DNA of 64,000 bases from a virus, in IMG/VR virus record IMGVR_UViG_3300015374_000004, positions 5,787 to 69,786 of that record, one strand, 5' to 3'. Shown here piece after piece: positions 9,534 to 17,869 of this stretch; the first letter of the stretch is position 1; the number at the start of each line of letters is the position of its first letter. The position numbers and the translations under genes are program-made. The notes beneath the pieces are model-generated. The model ran no database searches. It saw nothing but the letters and a program-made list of their open reading frames with translations, and was not told where the DNA came from.

Positions 9534-11111
9534 TTAGAGGTTGCCCAGCGAGAACTCGCTGACCAGCCCCGGCGTGGAGCCGTCGAGGCCCACCAGGTCG
9601 AGGTGGGTGGCGTCGGTCGGATCGGCGATGGTGTACCGGTTCGCGTTCATGGCCACGAACGCCGTCCGAGCGTCGATGCCGGACGTCTCCTTGTAGGCGC
9701 GGAGCGCCTGGTGCGTGTGGATGTCGCCAGCCCACGTCTCGTTGTCCGTCAGGAAGACGAACGTGTCCACGTTCAGGTGCTCCTGCGTGGCCCACAGCAC
9801 CGGGAGGCTGGCGTCGGTCCCGCCACCACCGACCCGAGCGGCGAGCAACGCCTCACGGAGCGAGGACTTCGGGCTCATCGCCAACGGGTACAGCGAGCGG
9901 TCGTAGCCGACCACGGCGCAGTGCTCCTCGGTGGCCAGGGTCACCAGACCCATCGCAGCCCCAGCCTCGCGGCAGGAGATCGGGCTTCCGATGACGTGGT
10001 TGTTCATGGACCCCGACACGTCCAGGCAGATCAGCGTCCGCTTGCCGGACGGCTTGACGGTCTGGAAGGCCAAGGTGAAAGCCTCACCGAGCGCGTCCAC
10101 GATCTTGCCCTCGGGCACCCAGGTCTTGCCGGAGCGGTAGCCCCCGCCAGAACCGTAGACAGCCGAGGCCAGGAGGAACTGCATCGGGTGGACGCGGCCC
10201 CTCTTGATCACGTCGACGTCGGTGAGCCGCTCCACGACCCGCTTCGTGGTGTCGGAGAACGGCGCGATGAGGCCCACCGTGGTCATGGTGGCGAGGTTGC
10301 GCACCATGGCCGTGATCGGCATGTCTTCGAGCAGCGCCTCCCACACAGCGGGCGAGCGCAGCGCCTCGGAAGGCACGGCCTCTCGGGGCAGGCGGTACTG
10401 GCGGATGGCCGAAGCCACCGTCAGATCGTCAGCACCCTTGGACATCTCGAAGCCACGGATGACGTCGGGCAGGTTGCCGTCAGGCGTCTTGCCGACCACC
10501 CAGGCGAGGACGTCGTTGACGCCTCCCTTGGCCACCTCGGGGTGAGCGAGGCGCAGAAGGTCACGCTGAGCCCAGCCGTCTCGCGACTGGTACTTGACCA
10601 TCTGGTAGGCGAGGTTGTCGCTGGTCTTGCCCTCGTACCACCGGGCCACGGCGCGCCGTAGGCCCCGGCCCCAACCCCTGAACTGCTCGACGTAACTCGC
10701 GAACATGAGCAGATGGGAGCCGGTACGGCACACCGTGGCGATGGCGGCCTCGCCAGCCCGGCGGGTGACGGGGTCAGCCGCACCGCAGCAGGCAGCGAGA
10801 GCGAACAGGGTGGCGTTCTGCTTGGGCGCCAGACCCAGTTCGCTGACCAAGGCCAGTTCACGGACAACGCGAGGCCCGTCCGCAGCGATGCAGCGGAGCA
10901 GGACGGTGGCGTTCTCCTTGGTGAGATCGCGCTCGGAGATGTAGGCGGTGCCCCCATCCGTGCCGAGGACCAGGAACCGGCGAAGCCGCATCCAGTCGCT
11001 CGACTCGAAGACGAACCCACCGGCCGTGTTCTGCACCATGTCGGTGCGGGTGGGGTCGGGCTCGCTCTGAGGGGTGGCACGCGTCCCGAAGGCGCGCAGG
11101 GGATCAGTCAT
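9534..11111 (-). CDS. rsr: Ro60-like RNA-binding protein (TROVE domain plus C-terminal vWA with MIDAS)
   Basis: About 525 aa. Helical-repeat TROVE region and a vWA 'LICLDVSGSMN' DxSxS motif. RBS GGAGG 9 nt before the ATG at 11111. Confidence 0.8.
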   Translation of the reverse strand: MTDPLRAFGTRATPQSEPDPTRTDMVQNTAGGFVFESSDWMRLRRFLVLGTDGGTAYISERDLTKENATVLLRCIAADGPRVVRELALVSELGLAPKQNATLFALAACCGAADPVTRRAGEAAIATVCRTGSHLLMFASYVEQFRGWGRGLRRAVARWYEGKTSDNLAYQMVKYQSRDGWAQRDLLRLAHPEVAKGGVNDVLAWVVGKTPDGNLPDVIRGFEMSKGADDLTVASAIRQYRLPREAVPSEALRSPAVWEALLEDMPITAMVRNLATMTTVGLIAPFSDTTKRVVERLTDVDVIKRGRVHPMQFLLASAVYGSGGGYRSGKTWVPEGKIVDALGEAFTLAFQTVKPSGKRTLICLDVSGSMNNHVIGSPISCREAGAAMGLVTLATEEHCAVVGYDRSLYPLAMSPKSSLREALLAARVGGGGTDASLPVLWATQEHLNVDTFVFLTDNETWAGDIHTHQALRAYKETSGIDARTAFVAMNANRYTIADPTDATHLDLVGLDGSTPGLVSEFSLGNL

Positions 11112-11169
11112 GTGGATGTTGCCTCCAGTCAAGTGGTTGACGTCCCGACCAGTTGCATCGAGAACAGGA

Positions 11170-11424
11170 CGCCTCCGGCCCGGAGGGCCAGATCTAACGA
11201 TGCGGTCAAGTGAGTGGTCCGGGGGTCGACCACGGCGAACCGTGGCGGCGGGATTTGAACACCGCTCACTTCTTGCGAAGCGTCATCCAGAGGTAACCCG
11301 AGCCTGTCGGCCCGCATCTATGTCGATGGTCGGATGGTCAAGGGTTGGCTGCGGGAACTGGTTTCATCCAGAGTGAAAGGTAACCCGCTGCCTTCGGCCC
11401 ATCCGAAGTTCTGAGGGACAGTAT
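11170..11424 (-). ncRNA. candidate Y-RNA-like (Yrl) structured ncRNA(s) between tRNA-Cys and rsr
   Basis: Non-coding 325-bp gap upstream of rsr on the same strand. Contains a T-arm-like 'GGTGTTCAAATCCCGCC', a UUCG-tetraloop hairpin (CCACGG-TTCG-CCGTGG), a cloverleaf-like closing stem AAGTGAG/CTCACTT, three copies of 'ACTCACT(T/G)GACC' and a duplicated 'CGGGTTACCT..CTGGATGA' module. Flanked by a TATACT -10 and a GC hairpin. Confidence 0.35.
11172..11187 (-). terminator. GC hairpin (CCTCCGG/CCGGAGG) downstream of the structured RNA and upstream of rsr
   Basis: Inverted repeat followed on the minus strand by CGTCCTGTTCTCG. Confidence 0.3.
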
Positions 11425-11457
11425 ACTGGAGACTGCTCACCGGTCCAGTGAGTTTCG

Positions 11458-11528
11458 AGGGGTGGGCCGGACTCGAACCGGCGTAGTCCGCTTTGCAGGC
11501 GGACGTCTAGCCACTCGACCACCACCCC
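11458..11528 (-). tRNA. tRNA-Cys (anticodon GCA)
   Basis: Minus strand 5'-GGGGTGG..TCCGC-CTGCAAA-GCGGA..GCCGG-TTCGAGT-CCGGC-CCACCCC-T. 7-bp acceptor, anticodon loop CUGCAAA, T-loop TTCGAGT. 71 nt, no encoded CCA. Confidence 0.8.
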
Positions 11529-11533
11529 GGTAG

Positions 11534-11998
11534 TCAGCCGTGAAAGGTTGCCCAGGCCCCGTACCCCGCACGGCTCCACACGTCGTACGCAGCGTTGGCG
11601 CACGCCTGCGGGTCGTAGAGCAGGTCGTACATGGACGCCTGGATGATCCCCAGCGCCAGGAGCCGCTTCTGGTGGGCGGTCCTGTTGATCTGCCACCAGC
11701 AGAAGTCATGCGTCGGCGAGACGGCCGTGAGCGTGTCCTGGGACTCCCGCCAGCAGAGCGCCGACATGACGGCCCACTGGCTCCGGGCGAACCCGGCATC
11801 CCGGAAGTATGGGTAGGCATCGGCACATGGCCGCCCGGCCGTGTCCTCAGCCTCCTCCGCGTTGAACTGGGCGACGACCTCATCGACCTTCTCTTGGCCG
11901 ATGATAGGAAGCCACTCGAAGTACCTGTTCATCTGGTTGAACGTGCAGGATGAGCAGGTCAGCACGATCACGAAGGCTGCAGCGATTGCTCGCTTCAT
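11534..11998 (-). CDS. lysozyme-like / SLT-domain lipoprotein (peptidoglycan hydrolase candidate)
   Basis: Signal peptide plus lipobox 'VLTCSSC'. 'CWRESQ...FCWWQIN' resembles the SLT/lysozyme-like E-S...Q motifs. RBS TAAGGAGAGGAAC. Confidence 0.5.
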   Translation of the reverse strand: MKRAIAAAFVIVLTCSSCTFNQMNRYFEWLPIIGQEKVDEVVAQFNAEEAEDTAGRPCADAYPYFRDAGFARSQWAVMSALCWRESQDTLTAVSPTHDFCWWQINRTAHQKRLLALGIIQASMYDLLYDPQACANAAYDVWSRAGYGAWATFHG

Positions 11999-12019
11999 GT
12001 TCCTCTCCTTACGCGCAAA

Positions 12020-12040
12020 CGCCCAGGAAAGACCTGGGCG
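12020..12040 (-). terminator. intrinsic terminator hairpin CGCCCAGG-tcttt-CCTGGGCG followed by TTTGCGCG
   Basis: Perfect 8-bp stem with a U-rich tail on the minus strand, between the 12081 gene and the lipoprotein RBS. Confidence 0.45.
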
Positions 12041-12080
12041 TCGCGCCAGGCTAGTCCGGCCCTGTCACTGGATGAAGTGA

Positions 12081-12296
12081 TCAGGCGGTGGGCCGGGAGC
12101 CTCTCCGTGGCGACGTTGGGGATGGATCGGGTTCTAACCAGTCGCATGTGTTGTCACCCCATTCGTGGTTGCAGGTGTGGTCGATGCCGACCAGCAGGAC
12201 GTGGCGCAGGCGGTTGACGGGCTTCTGCATCCGACAGACGGTGCAGACGATCCAGTCGTGGTCTGTGGTCCGGCGTCCTGGAAGGCGGATCATCAT
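12081..12296 (-). CDS. small Cys/His-rich protein (putative zinc-binding)
   Basis: 'CTVCRMQK...HTCNHEWGDNTCDW'. RBS GGAAGGA. Confidence 0.45.
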   Translation of the reverse strand: MMIRLPGRRTTDHDWIVCTVCRMQKPVNRLRHVLLVGIDHTCNHEWGDNTCDWLEPDPSPTSPRRGSRPTA

Positions 12297-12577
12297 GGGT
12301 CGTCCTTCCAGTCGGGCCAGTGCTCGTCGAGCACGGCGATGGTGTCGTCGGTGGCCCAGAGGGCCGTGGTGCCGTCGCCCCTGCTGACGATCTGGAACCT
12401 GCCATCGTCTCCACTCGCCACGACCGCCGTGATTCGGCGGCCCTCGCGAGCGGCGGCGCCAGCATGAACGAACGCCAGGTGGACGGCTTCGAGAAGCGAG
12501 CCTGCCTCCTCATCGCGGAACGGCTGGCCGTGAATGGCCAATCGCTTGTAGGCCCGCTTGTAGAGCAGGAGCCTCAT
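12293..12577 (-). CDS. hypothetical protein
   Basis: ATGA-coupled to the downstream gene. Codon bias is good. Confidence 0.45.
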   Translation of the reverse strand: MRLLLYKRAYKRLAIHGQPFRDEEAGSLLEAVHLAFVHAGAAAREGRRITAVVASGDDGRFQIVSRGDGTTALWATDDTIAVLDEHWPDWKDDP

Positions 12578-12762
12578 GGCTGGCCGAACGCCTGGGGGTA
12601 GTTCGTCGCACGCACACGACGTCGCAAGACGTTCGCTGCATGTCTGATCGCGGCCAACTCCGCGGGCTCCAACACGTCCCTGTACCGGACCAGGATCATC
12701 TCCAAGTCCGTACAGTCCGAGGCTCGCACCTCGTCGTAGATCTCAGTGTCCATCGGTTTCAT
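12574..12762 (-). CDS. hypothetical protein
   Basis: 62 aa, translationally coupled within the gene chain. Confidence 0.4.
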   Translation of the reverse strand: MKPMDTEIYDEVRASDCTDLEMILVRYRDVLEPAELAAIRHAANVLRRRVRATNYPQAFGQP

Positions 12763-13021
12763 CCTCCTCTCCTACTCCAGCAAGGCGGTTGGCGAGTGCC
12801 TCCCAGCGGTCCCAGACCTCCCAGGGCATTCGGCCCATCACCTTGATTGCGACGTCGTCGGCGCGCCAGGCGGTCATGCCGCCCCTGCGCCACTTGAGGT
12901 AGGTGCCACGAGCCACGCCGCAGATGGCGCCCTTCGTGGCGTCGGACGTGGCCTCTGGATGGTGGACTCGTAGCCACAACTCCAGAGGCTCCACGTCGAG
13001 ATGGTCGTCAACTGTCGTCAT
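12743..13021 (-). CDS. hypothetical protein
   Basis: The start 'MTTVDDH' overlaps the amidoligase stop. Confidence 0.4.
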   Translation of the reverse strand: MTTVDDHLDVEPLELWLRVHHPEATSDATKGAICGVARGTYLKWRRGGMTAWRADDVAIKVMGRMPWEVWDRWEALANRLAGVGEEDETDGH

Positions 13022-14390
13022 CGAGGAGACTCCATTCGTCGGTGTCATCGAGGTAGGCCGACTCCTCCCTCAGTCGGGGCGGGATGGGTGGCGGTCTTGA
13101 CGGCGTGCGTCGCAACCGCCTGGCCTCTTGCGCGGGGTTCAACGGTGGTCGGTTCCGCCGCCGTGGGCCGCTCCCGTTCTCGTCCCAGGCGACCTGCCAC
13201 TCCATCTCCCGGAGCAGGCGCTCGGCGCGCTCCTGTTCGATGGTCGTGGCCGTGCCGTGGAGCCACTGGTTGACGTCGTCGGTGTGTACCGACGACAGGC
13301 GTTCGGTCTGCTCCAGTTCCCGGTCAGTCTCGGTCTGCTCGACCCACTGCCAGCGGGCGGTCGGGATCTCGGCCGACTCGATGTGCCACCAGGAATCGGT
13401 GCGCCGTGGCGTCACCACCAGGCCGTCCCCCAGGTCCACGGCCACGCCGAGATCGTGGGCAGTGGTCGCGGCCTCGTAGTCGAGGTCGTCCTGCTCGCTC
13501 CATTCCTGGAGCGAGTGCGTCGGCAGCCAGGGAGTCGTGTCCCGGAAGTGCAGATGGCGCCGCACCAGTTCGGCGGCGATCGGATCGTGGGCCTCGATGT
13601 AGAGCAGGGCCGCGTCACGATCGACGCTGTAGCCCTCCGACGTGCGGCCGATGCCGTCGTCGTACCACTGGTTGCCGGTGAGCAGGAAGTCCTTCGACCA
13701 CTCGGACACCTCCTGGACGAAGTCGTGCTGCGTGAACAGCACCGAGAGCCGGGCGAACATCTCCATGCGCCAGGCGGATCGGGTGGCGTTCCATGCTCGG
13801 AACTCCGGCCGGTTGTCTGACCGGGTCAGGTTCAGCGTGACGTGGCGGTCGTTGTGCCGGATCCACGTCGCCGTCTCCGACAGGCTCCACCGCTCATCGA
13901 CGGTGTTCGGCATGTAGGAGCGGAGCATCGTGGAGATCTTGTAGTTCCCACCGCCCCGGAACACGGCCAGCGGGCCGGTGACCACCTCGCTCAGCAGCCA
14001 GTCCTCGAAGGGCAGCCACGTGAACAGCAGGTCGGTGCTGCGTGGCAGCCGCTCGTTGACCTCGCCCCAGTCACCCGAGACGTGGACGTGGAAGCCAGCC
14101 CTGGAGTCGATCTCGGCGTCGCACTCGACCAAGACGTCCTGGAGGGTCTGCATGGCGACCCTGGCCTCCTCCCAGGACGTGAACGGGCAGGAGATGATCT
14201 CTCCGGCGCACGTCGAGTCGGACTGAGCGTGGAACAGCCAGTCACCACCTGGATCGCAGAACTCGCAGTCGCAGTGGTAGTGGTGGAGGTGGTCCATCCC
14301 CGCGAGCCCTCTCTCGTTGAGGACGCGGACGACGGCCTGTGCCTCGGAGCCCAACTCGGCCTCAAAGCCGAAGGCTCGGTTCAGTGTCAT
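13008..14390 (-). CDS. amidoligase (glutamine synthetase-like COOH-NH2 ligase, Amidoligase_2-like) with a Cys-rich insert
   Basis: The N-terminal 'AFGFEAELGSE' two-Glu strand is typical of GCS2/GS-like ligases, followed by 'HYHCDCEFCD' and 'HVHVSGDWG'. Paralogous to 16323-17258. ATGA-coupled to the upstream gene. Confidence 0.55.
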   Translation of the reverse strand: MTLNRAFGFEAELGSEAQAVVRVLNERGLAGMDHLHHYHCDCEFCDPGGDWLFHAQSDSTCAGEIISCPFTSWEEARVAMQTLQDVLVECDAEIDSRAGFHVHVSGDWGEVNERLPRSTDLLFTWLPFEDWLLSEVVTGPLAVFRGGGNYKISTMLRSYMPNTVDERWSLSETATWIRHNDRHVTLNLTRSDNRPEFRAWNATRSAWRMEMFARLSVLFTQHDFVQEVSEWSKDFLLTGNQWYDDGIGRTSEGYSVDRDAALLYIEAHDPIAAELVRRHLHFRDTTPWLPTHSLQEWSEQDDLDYEAATTAHDLGVAVDLGDGLVVTPRRTDSWWHIESAEIPTARWQWVEQTETDRELEQTERLSSVHTDDVNQWLHGTATTIEQERAERLLREMEWQVAWDENGSGPRRRNRPPLNPAQEARRLRRTPSRPPPIPPRLREESAYLDDTDEWSLLDDDS

Positions 14391-14920
14391 GGCATCACCC
14401 CGTAGGCGTGTAGGTAGTCGGACTGGATGCGCTCGGCGAACATCGTCCACTCGCCGACCTCGGCGGCGTGCCAGCCGCCGTTCATCGTGACGGACGCCTT
14501 GATGACGAGGCCCACCTTCTCCTCATGGTCGAGACGGAAGTCAGCGACCGGAGCGAACCGAGGCTCGTTCACGTCGCCCAACCTCGCCCAGATGAGCAGG
14601 CGGTTCTCGACCGCACGCACCTCGTCCAGGGCTTCCAGCAGCGCCTTGCTGCGCGCCCTGGGCGAGACGTACGGGATCAGGAGGGCGGCGGTGTCCCGCC
14701 AGCGGTGGAGTCGGAAGGCCATGGTGTAGCCCCCGAACTTGCGTTCGGTCACCTCGTCGTAGGAGGTGGGCTCACCCACCACGGCGACTCGGTAGGGCGT
14801 GCGGGTGGCGACGTCCAACTCCACGAAGTTCGGGAGGTAGGACCGCAACGTGCCTGTGTCACAGAGCCTCGTCACGGCCACCATCTCGTCCGCGTTGTCG
14901 TTGTGGTTCAGCCAGCGCAT
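14387..14920 (-). CDS. hypothetical protein embedded in the amidoligase cluster
   Basis: 177 aa, ATGA-coupled on both sides. No recognisable motif. Confidence 0.45.
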   Translation of the reverse strand: MRWLNHNDNADEMVAVTRLCDTGTLRSYLPNFVELDVATRTPYRVAVVGEPTSYDEVTERKFGGYTMAFRLHRWRDTAALLIPYVSPRARSKALLEALDEVRAVENRLLIWARLGDVNEPRFAPVADFRLDHEEKVGLVIKASVTMNGGWHAAEVGEWTMFAERIQSDYLHAYGVMP

Positions 14921-14921
14921 G

Positions 14922-16265
14922 TCACTCCCTTGCTCCGGCGGGTAGTTCCAGGAGGCCGCCCTCGATGAGTTCGAGGCGGCGCTCGAAGTAGGCGCCGAGA
15001 TCTTCCTCGTCGTTGGGCTCCAACGTGTCGGAGATCACGATGATCTCGTCGTCGGCGGCGTCGTCAGGATGGGTCAACCCCTGCAGGTGCTCGGTGATGG
15101 CTGCGGCGTCGGCGGCCTGCTCGGCGTCGTAGTTGTCCACGGTGATGACCCTGGACAGGTCAGCCACCTTGTCGAGACCGTCGCACTGGATGTACCTGGT
15201 GGACAGCCTGTCGATGGGGACGACCACGTCGTCGACGACGGTGTAAGGGTCCAGCGAGATCATCACCGTCGCCAGCACTCGGCCGACATCGGTGATGATG
15301 CCGGGGAGCGGATCACGCCGCATCCCGTCGTCGCCCTTGTGGGGACGGAACCAGATCTTGTTCCCGACCACGAGGTCGTCCTCGCTGATCGGCTTGTCGT
15401 TGGCCAGGACGCTCTTCGGCTCGTCGGCCGGTTTCGTGGCCGAGGTGGTGCCTCGGTTCCACTCGATCCAGTCGTCGTCGTCGTGGCTCCAACCGCCAGC
15501 GGTGTAGGTGCTGGTGTAGGAGCGGCGGGTGTAGCCCCACGTGTCGGGGATCTCGAACTTGTCCCAGAGGAGGAAGTCGAACGTGTCCCCGTTGTACGAG
15601 CCGATGAAGCCTTCCTCGGCTTCCTCGGGCTTCGTGTCGGTCGGCTCGTTCAGGTAGATGAGACCTGCCTGGACAGCGCCAGGAGTCGAGCCGAACATGA
15701 GTGAGCCGTTCTGGCTCATGGCGTAGCAGAGGGGCGAGCCCTCGCCGCGAGCCATGTTGAGCACCAGAGGCTCTCGGACGTCGATCCACGCCGTCGCCAT
15801 GTGACCCTCGATGAGGCCCAGGGCCTCCTTCGGATCTTCGACGTTGGCCAGGGCAGCGAAGATCGCCTCGGAGTCAACCTCGGCGTACTGCGGCCACCGC
15901 TTGGCGGCGAACAAGCGCTTGTCGTTGTTCACCCACCCGTTGTGGATGCCGATGATGTGACCCGACTGGACCGGATGGTTGTTCCGGTTCACCAGCGGGT
16001 CGCCCTGAGTCGCCAGTCGGGTGTGGATGAGGGCCAAGCGAGCGCCCTCTCCGATTCCCGGCCTGCTGTCGAAGAACTGGCCCGCGGCAACGGGGGCCTT
16101 CGACAACTTGACTCGACCGCTCGCTGACACCCGAACGACGCCTGTGGCGTCGCGGCCTCGATGCTCGATCGAGAGGCCCATCGTGCGCACCATCCTTGCG
16201 ATGCGCGACGGGTCGAGGTCGGCGTAGTCGAGCGGCGACAGGACAAAGCCTGCGATTCCGCACAT
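14922..16265 (-). CDS. class II (Ntn) glutamine amidotransferase domain protein with an acidic C-terminal domain
   Basis: 'MCGIAGFV' places the nucleophile Cys at position 2, so the start must be at 16265 rather than the upstream Met. 'GIHNGWVNN' also present. Confidence 0.65.
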   Translation of the reverse strand: MCGIAGFVLSPLDYADLDPSRIARMVRTMGLSIEHRGRDATGVVRVSASGRVKLSKAPVAAGQFFDSRPGIGEGARLALIHTRLATQGDPLVNRNNHPVQSGHIIGIHNGWVNNDKRLFAAKRWPQYAEVDSEAIFAALANVEDPKEALGLIEGHMATAWIDVREPLVLNMARGEGSPLCYAMSQNGSLMFGSTPGAVQAGLIYLNEPTDTKPEEAEEGFIGSYNGDTFDFLLWDKFEIPDTWGYTRRSYTSTYTAGGWSHDDDDWIEWNRGTTSATKPADEPKSVLANDKPISEDDLVVGNKIWFRPHKGDDGMRRDPLPGIITDVGRVLATVMISLDPYTVVDDVVVPIDRLSTRYIQCDGLDKVADLSRVITVDNYDAEQAADAAAITEHLQGLTHPDDAADDEIIVISDTLEPNDEEDLGAYFERRLELIEGGLLELPAGARE

Positions 16266-16322
16266 GTGTTCTATGTGCCTCACTTTCTGCGGGATCCACC
16301 CGCGGTAGGACACGTGTCCGTG

Positions 16323-17258
16323 TCAGAGGGAGTTCTGGACCAAGTCCATCAACTTGGCCTCGTGGGTCTGCGAGCCGGGAACCCGGTCGTCGAGGAACAG
16401 CGCCACCTCGCTGAATGCCCGCCTCGGGCGGCCAGCGCGTACGACCTTCTGTGCCTCGCCCACCGTGATGTCGCCGTGCCGGTCGTGCATGAGTGATGCC
16501 CAGCGGGTCATCGCCAGGCTCATGTTGACGTGGAACGGGATCCACCCGGACTCGCGGGGCGAGTTCCAGATCCGGTACTCGACCGTGGCGTTGCGGGGCG
16601 ACACCCAGGAGGAACCGTTGTGGTACTCCCGGAGCGCCTGCGACGCGCCCCAGACGTTGGTCTCGTCGGGGCGGCCGTTGTAGTACCGGACCTCATCGCC
16701 TCCACCGGCACCCACCTTGAGCCACTGCTCGCGGAACGTGCCCATGTGCAGGCCGGTCCACCGGCCGATCGCCCGGCGATCGCTCGCCCCCACGTGGATG
16801 TGGTTGCCAGCGTCACGCCCGACGCGGTGCCAGTTGGATGCGTCGGCGATGTGGGAGAACTGGGCGTCGAACTCGGCCAACTCCTCCATGTCGGAGGGGC
16901 TGGTCACCCGCAGGATGCGGGAGACGAACTCCGCCGAGACGGTGCAGTCCTCCTGGGCTGCGAACAGCCCGAAGTCGCGGTCGTAGTCGCACAGGCTGCA
17001 GTCGCAGTGGTAGGCGTGGAGACGGCCGCAGCGGTCGCTGTAGCAGTCGCACGTGCCGTTGCAGCACGAGCAGTCGTCCTCGCCGCACCCGCAGTTGTCG
17101 TAACCACAGGTGTTCCGCGAGTAGCCATCGGCGAAGTCGGGGTCGACGAACCCGAGCCGCATCATCTCGGATACGGCCGTGTCCGCGTCACCGATCATCT
17201 CCAGTTCGATGCCGAACGCCGGGGTGTCAACCCGGACGTCTTGCGCGGTCTTTGCCAT
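16323..17258 (-). CDS. amidoligase paralog (GS-like COOH-NH2 ligase) with an extended Cys-rich insert
   Basis: 'AFGIELEMIGDAD', Cys cluster 'CGCGEDDCSCCNGTCDCYSDRCGRLHAYHCDCSLCD' and 'HIHVG'. Start carries the conserved GAGAGGAGGTGA motif. Confidence 0.55.
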   Translation of the reverse strand: MAKTAQDVRVDTPAFGIELEMIGDADTAVSEMMRLGFVDPDFADGYSRNTCGYDNCGCGEDDCSCCNGTCDCYSDRCGRLHAYHCDCSLCDYDRDFGLFAAQEDCTVSAEFVSRILRVTSPSDMEELAEFDAQFSHIADASNWHRVGRDAGNHIHVGASDRRAIGRWTGLHMGTFREQWLKVGAGGGDEVRYYNGRPDETNVWGASQALREYHNGSSWVSPRNATVEYRIWNSPRESGWIPFHVNMSLAMTRWASLMHDRHGDITVGEAQKVVRAGRPRRAFSEVALFLDDRVPGSQTHEAKLMDLVQNSL

Positions 17259-17305
17259 CGTTGTTTCACCTCCTCTCGACGGCCTAGTAGGGACAGGATC
17301 AGCGC

Positions 17306-17869
17306 CTACATGTAGGCGACGATGGCGGCGAAGTTGCCCGCAGCGACCAGTTCGTCTGCTCGCTGGGTGGCCAGGTGCAGGACGGCGAAGTTCGCCACGT
17401 CCAAGGCGTCGGTGCCCGCCAGGTTGGCGGCCCGATCACGGAGGTTGGCGACGAAGTCGCGTGCCCGCTGCTCGTCGGAGTCGTTGCACGACTCCTCGAA
17501 GATCTCGGTCACGACGGCGTTCGTCATCCAGCGGGTCAGGTCGGACCAGTTGTAGTTCCTGGTCGAATCCAGGATCTTCACGATGGTCAGATCGACCAGC
17601 CCTTCGCTGTGCTCGTAGCCAGGCGTCACGACCATGGAGACCATGAAGCCGTGCGACTCCCAGGTCGTGCCCAGGCGTGTCGCGTCGACGTAGCCAGCCA
17701 CGTCGCGGCCGCTGTTGGGATACAGCGACTCACGGCTCTGCCGTGTGCGCAGAGCGCTCGCGGTGGCCTTGACGGTCCAGCCGAACACGCTGTCGTGATC
17801 GAGGGTGGTGTTGTACCCCCAGGCGCACGAGCCGACCGTGACGGAGTCGTACTCGGTCAGATAGATCAT
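17306..17869 (-). CDS. hypothetical protein
   Basis: Conserved start motif GAGAGGAGGTGAGAACATATG. Confidence 0.45.
   Translation of the reverse strand: MIYLTEYDSVTVGSCAWGYNTTLDHDSVFGWTVKATASALRTRQSRESLYPNSGRDVAGYVDATRLGTTWESHGFMVSMVVTPGYEHSEGLVDLTIVKILDSTRNYNWSDLTRWMTNAVVTEIFEESCNDSDEQRARDFVANLRDRAANLAGTDALDVANFAVLHLATQRADELVAAGNFAAIVAYM

Noticed and set aside
11190-11300. A second canonical tRNA in the rsr upstream gap
   Set aside because: It has a T-arm-like element and an acceptor-like stem but no proper anticodon arm or canonical D-arm. It is treated as a tRNA-like (Y-RNA-like) element instead.
11458-11528. tRNA-Cys as a prophage attachment site (attL/attR)
   Set aside because: No integrase or recombinase is found anywhere in the window. 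The tRNA is internal to the phage gene block, flanked by phage genes on both sides, and is more likely a phage-encoded tRNA.
17306-17869. Gamma-glutamyl cyclotransferase partner of the amidoligase system
   Set aside because: No GGCT-like 'YGSL' glycine motif or catalytic Glu context is recognisable. Left as hypothetical.
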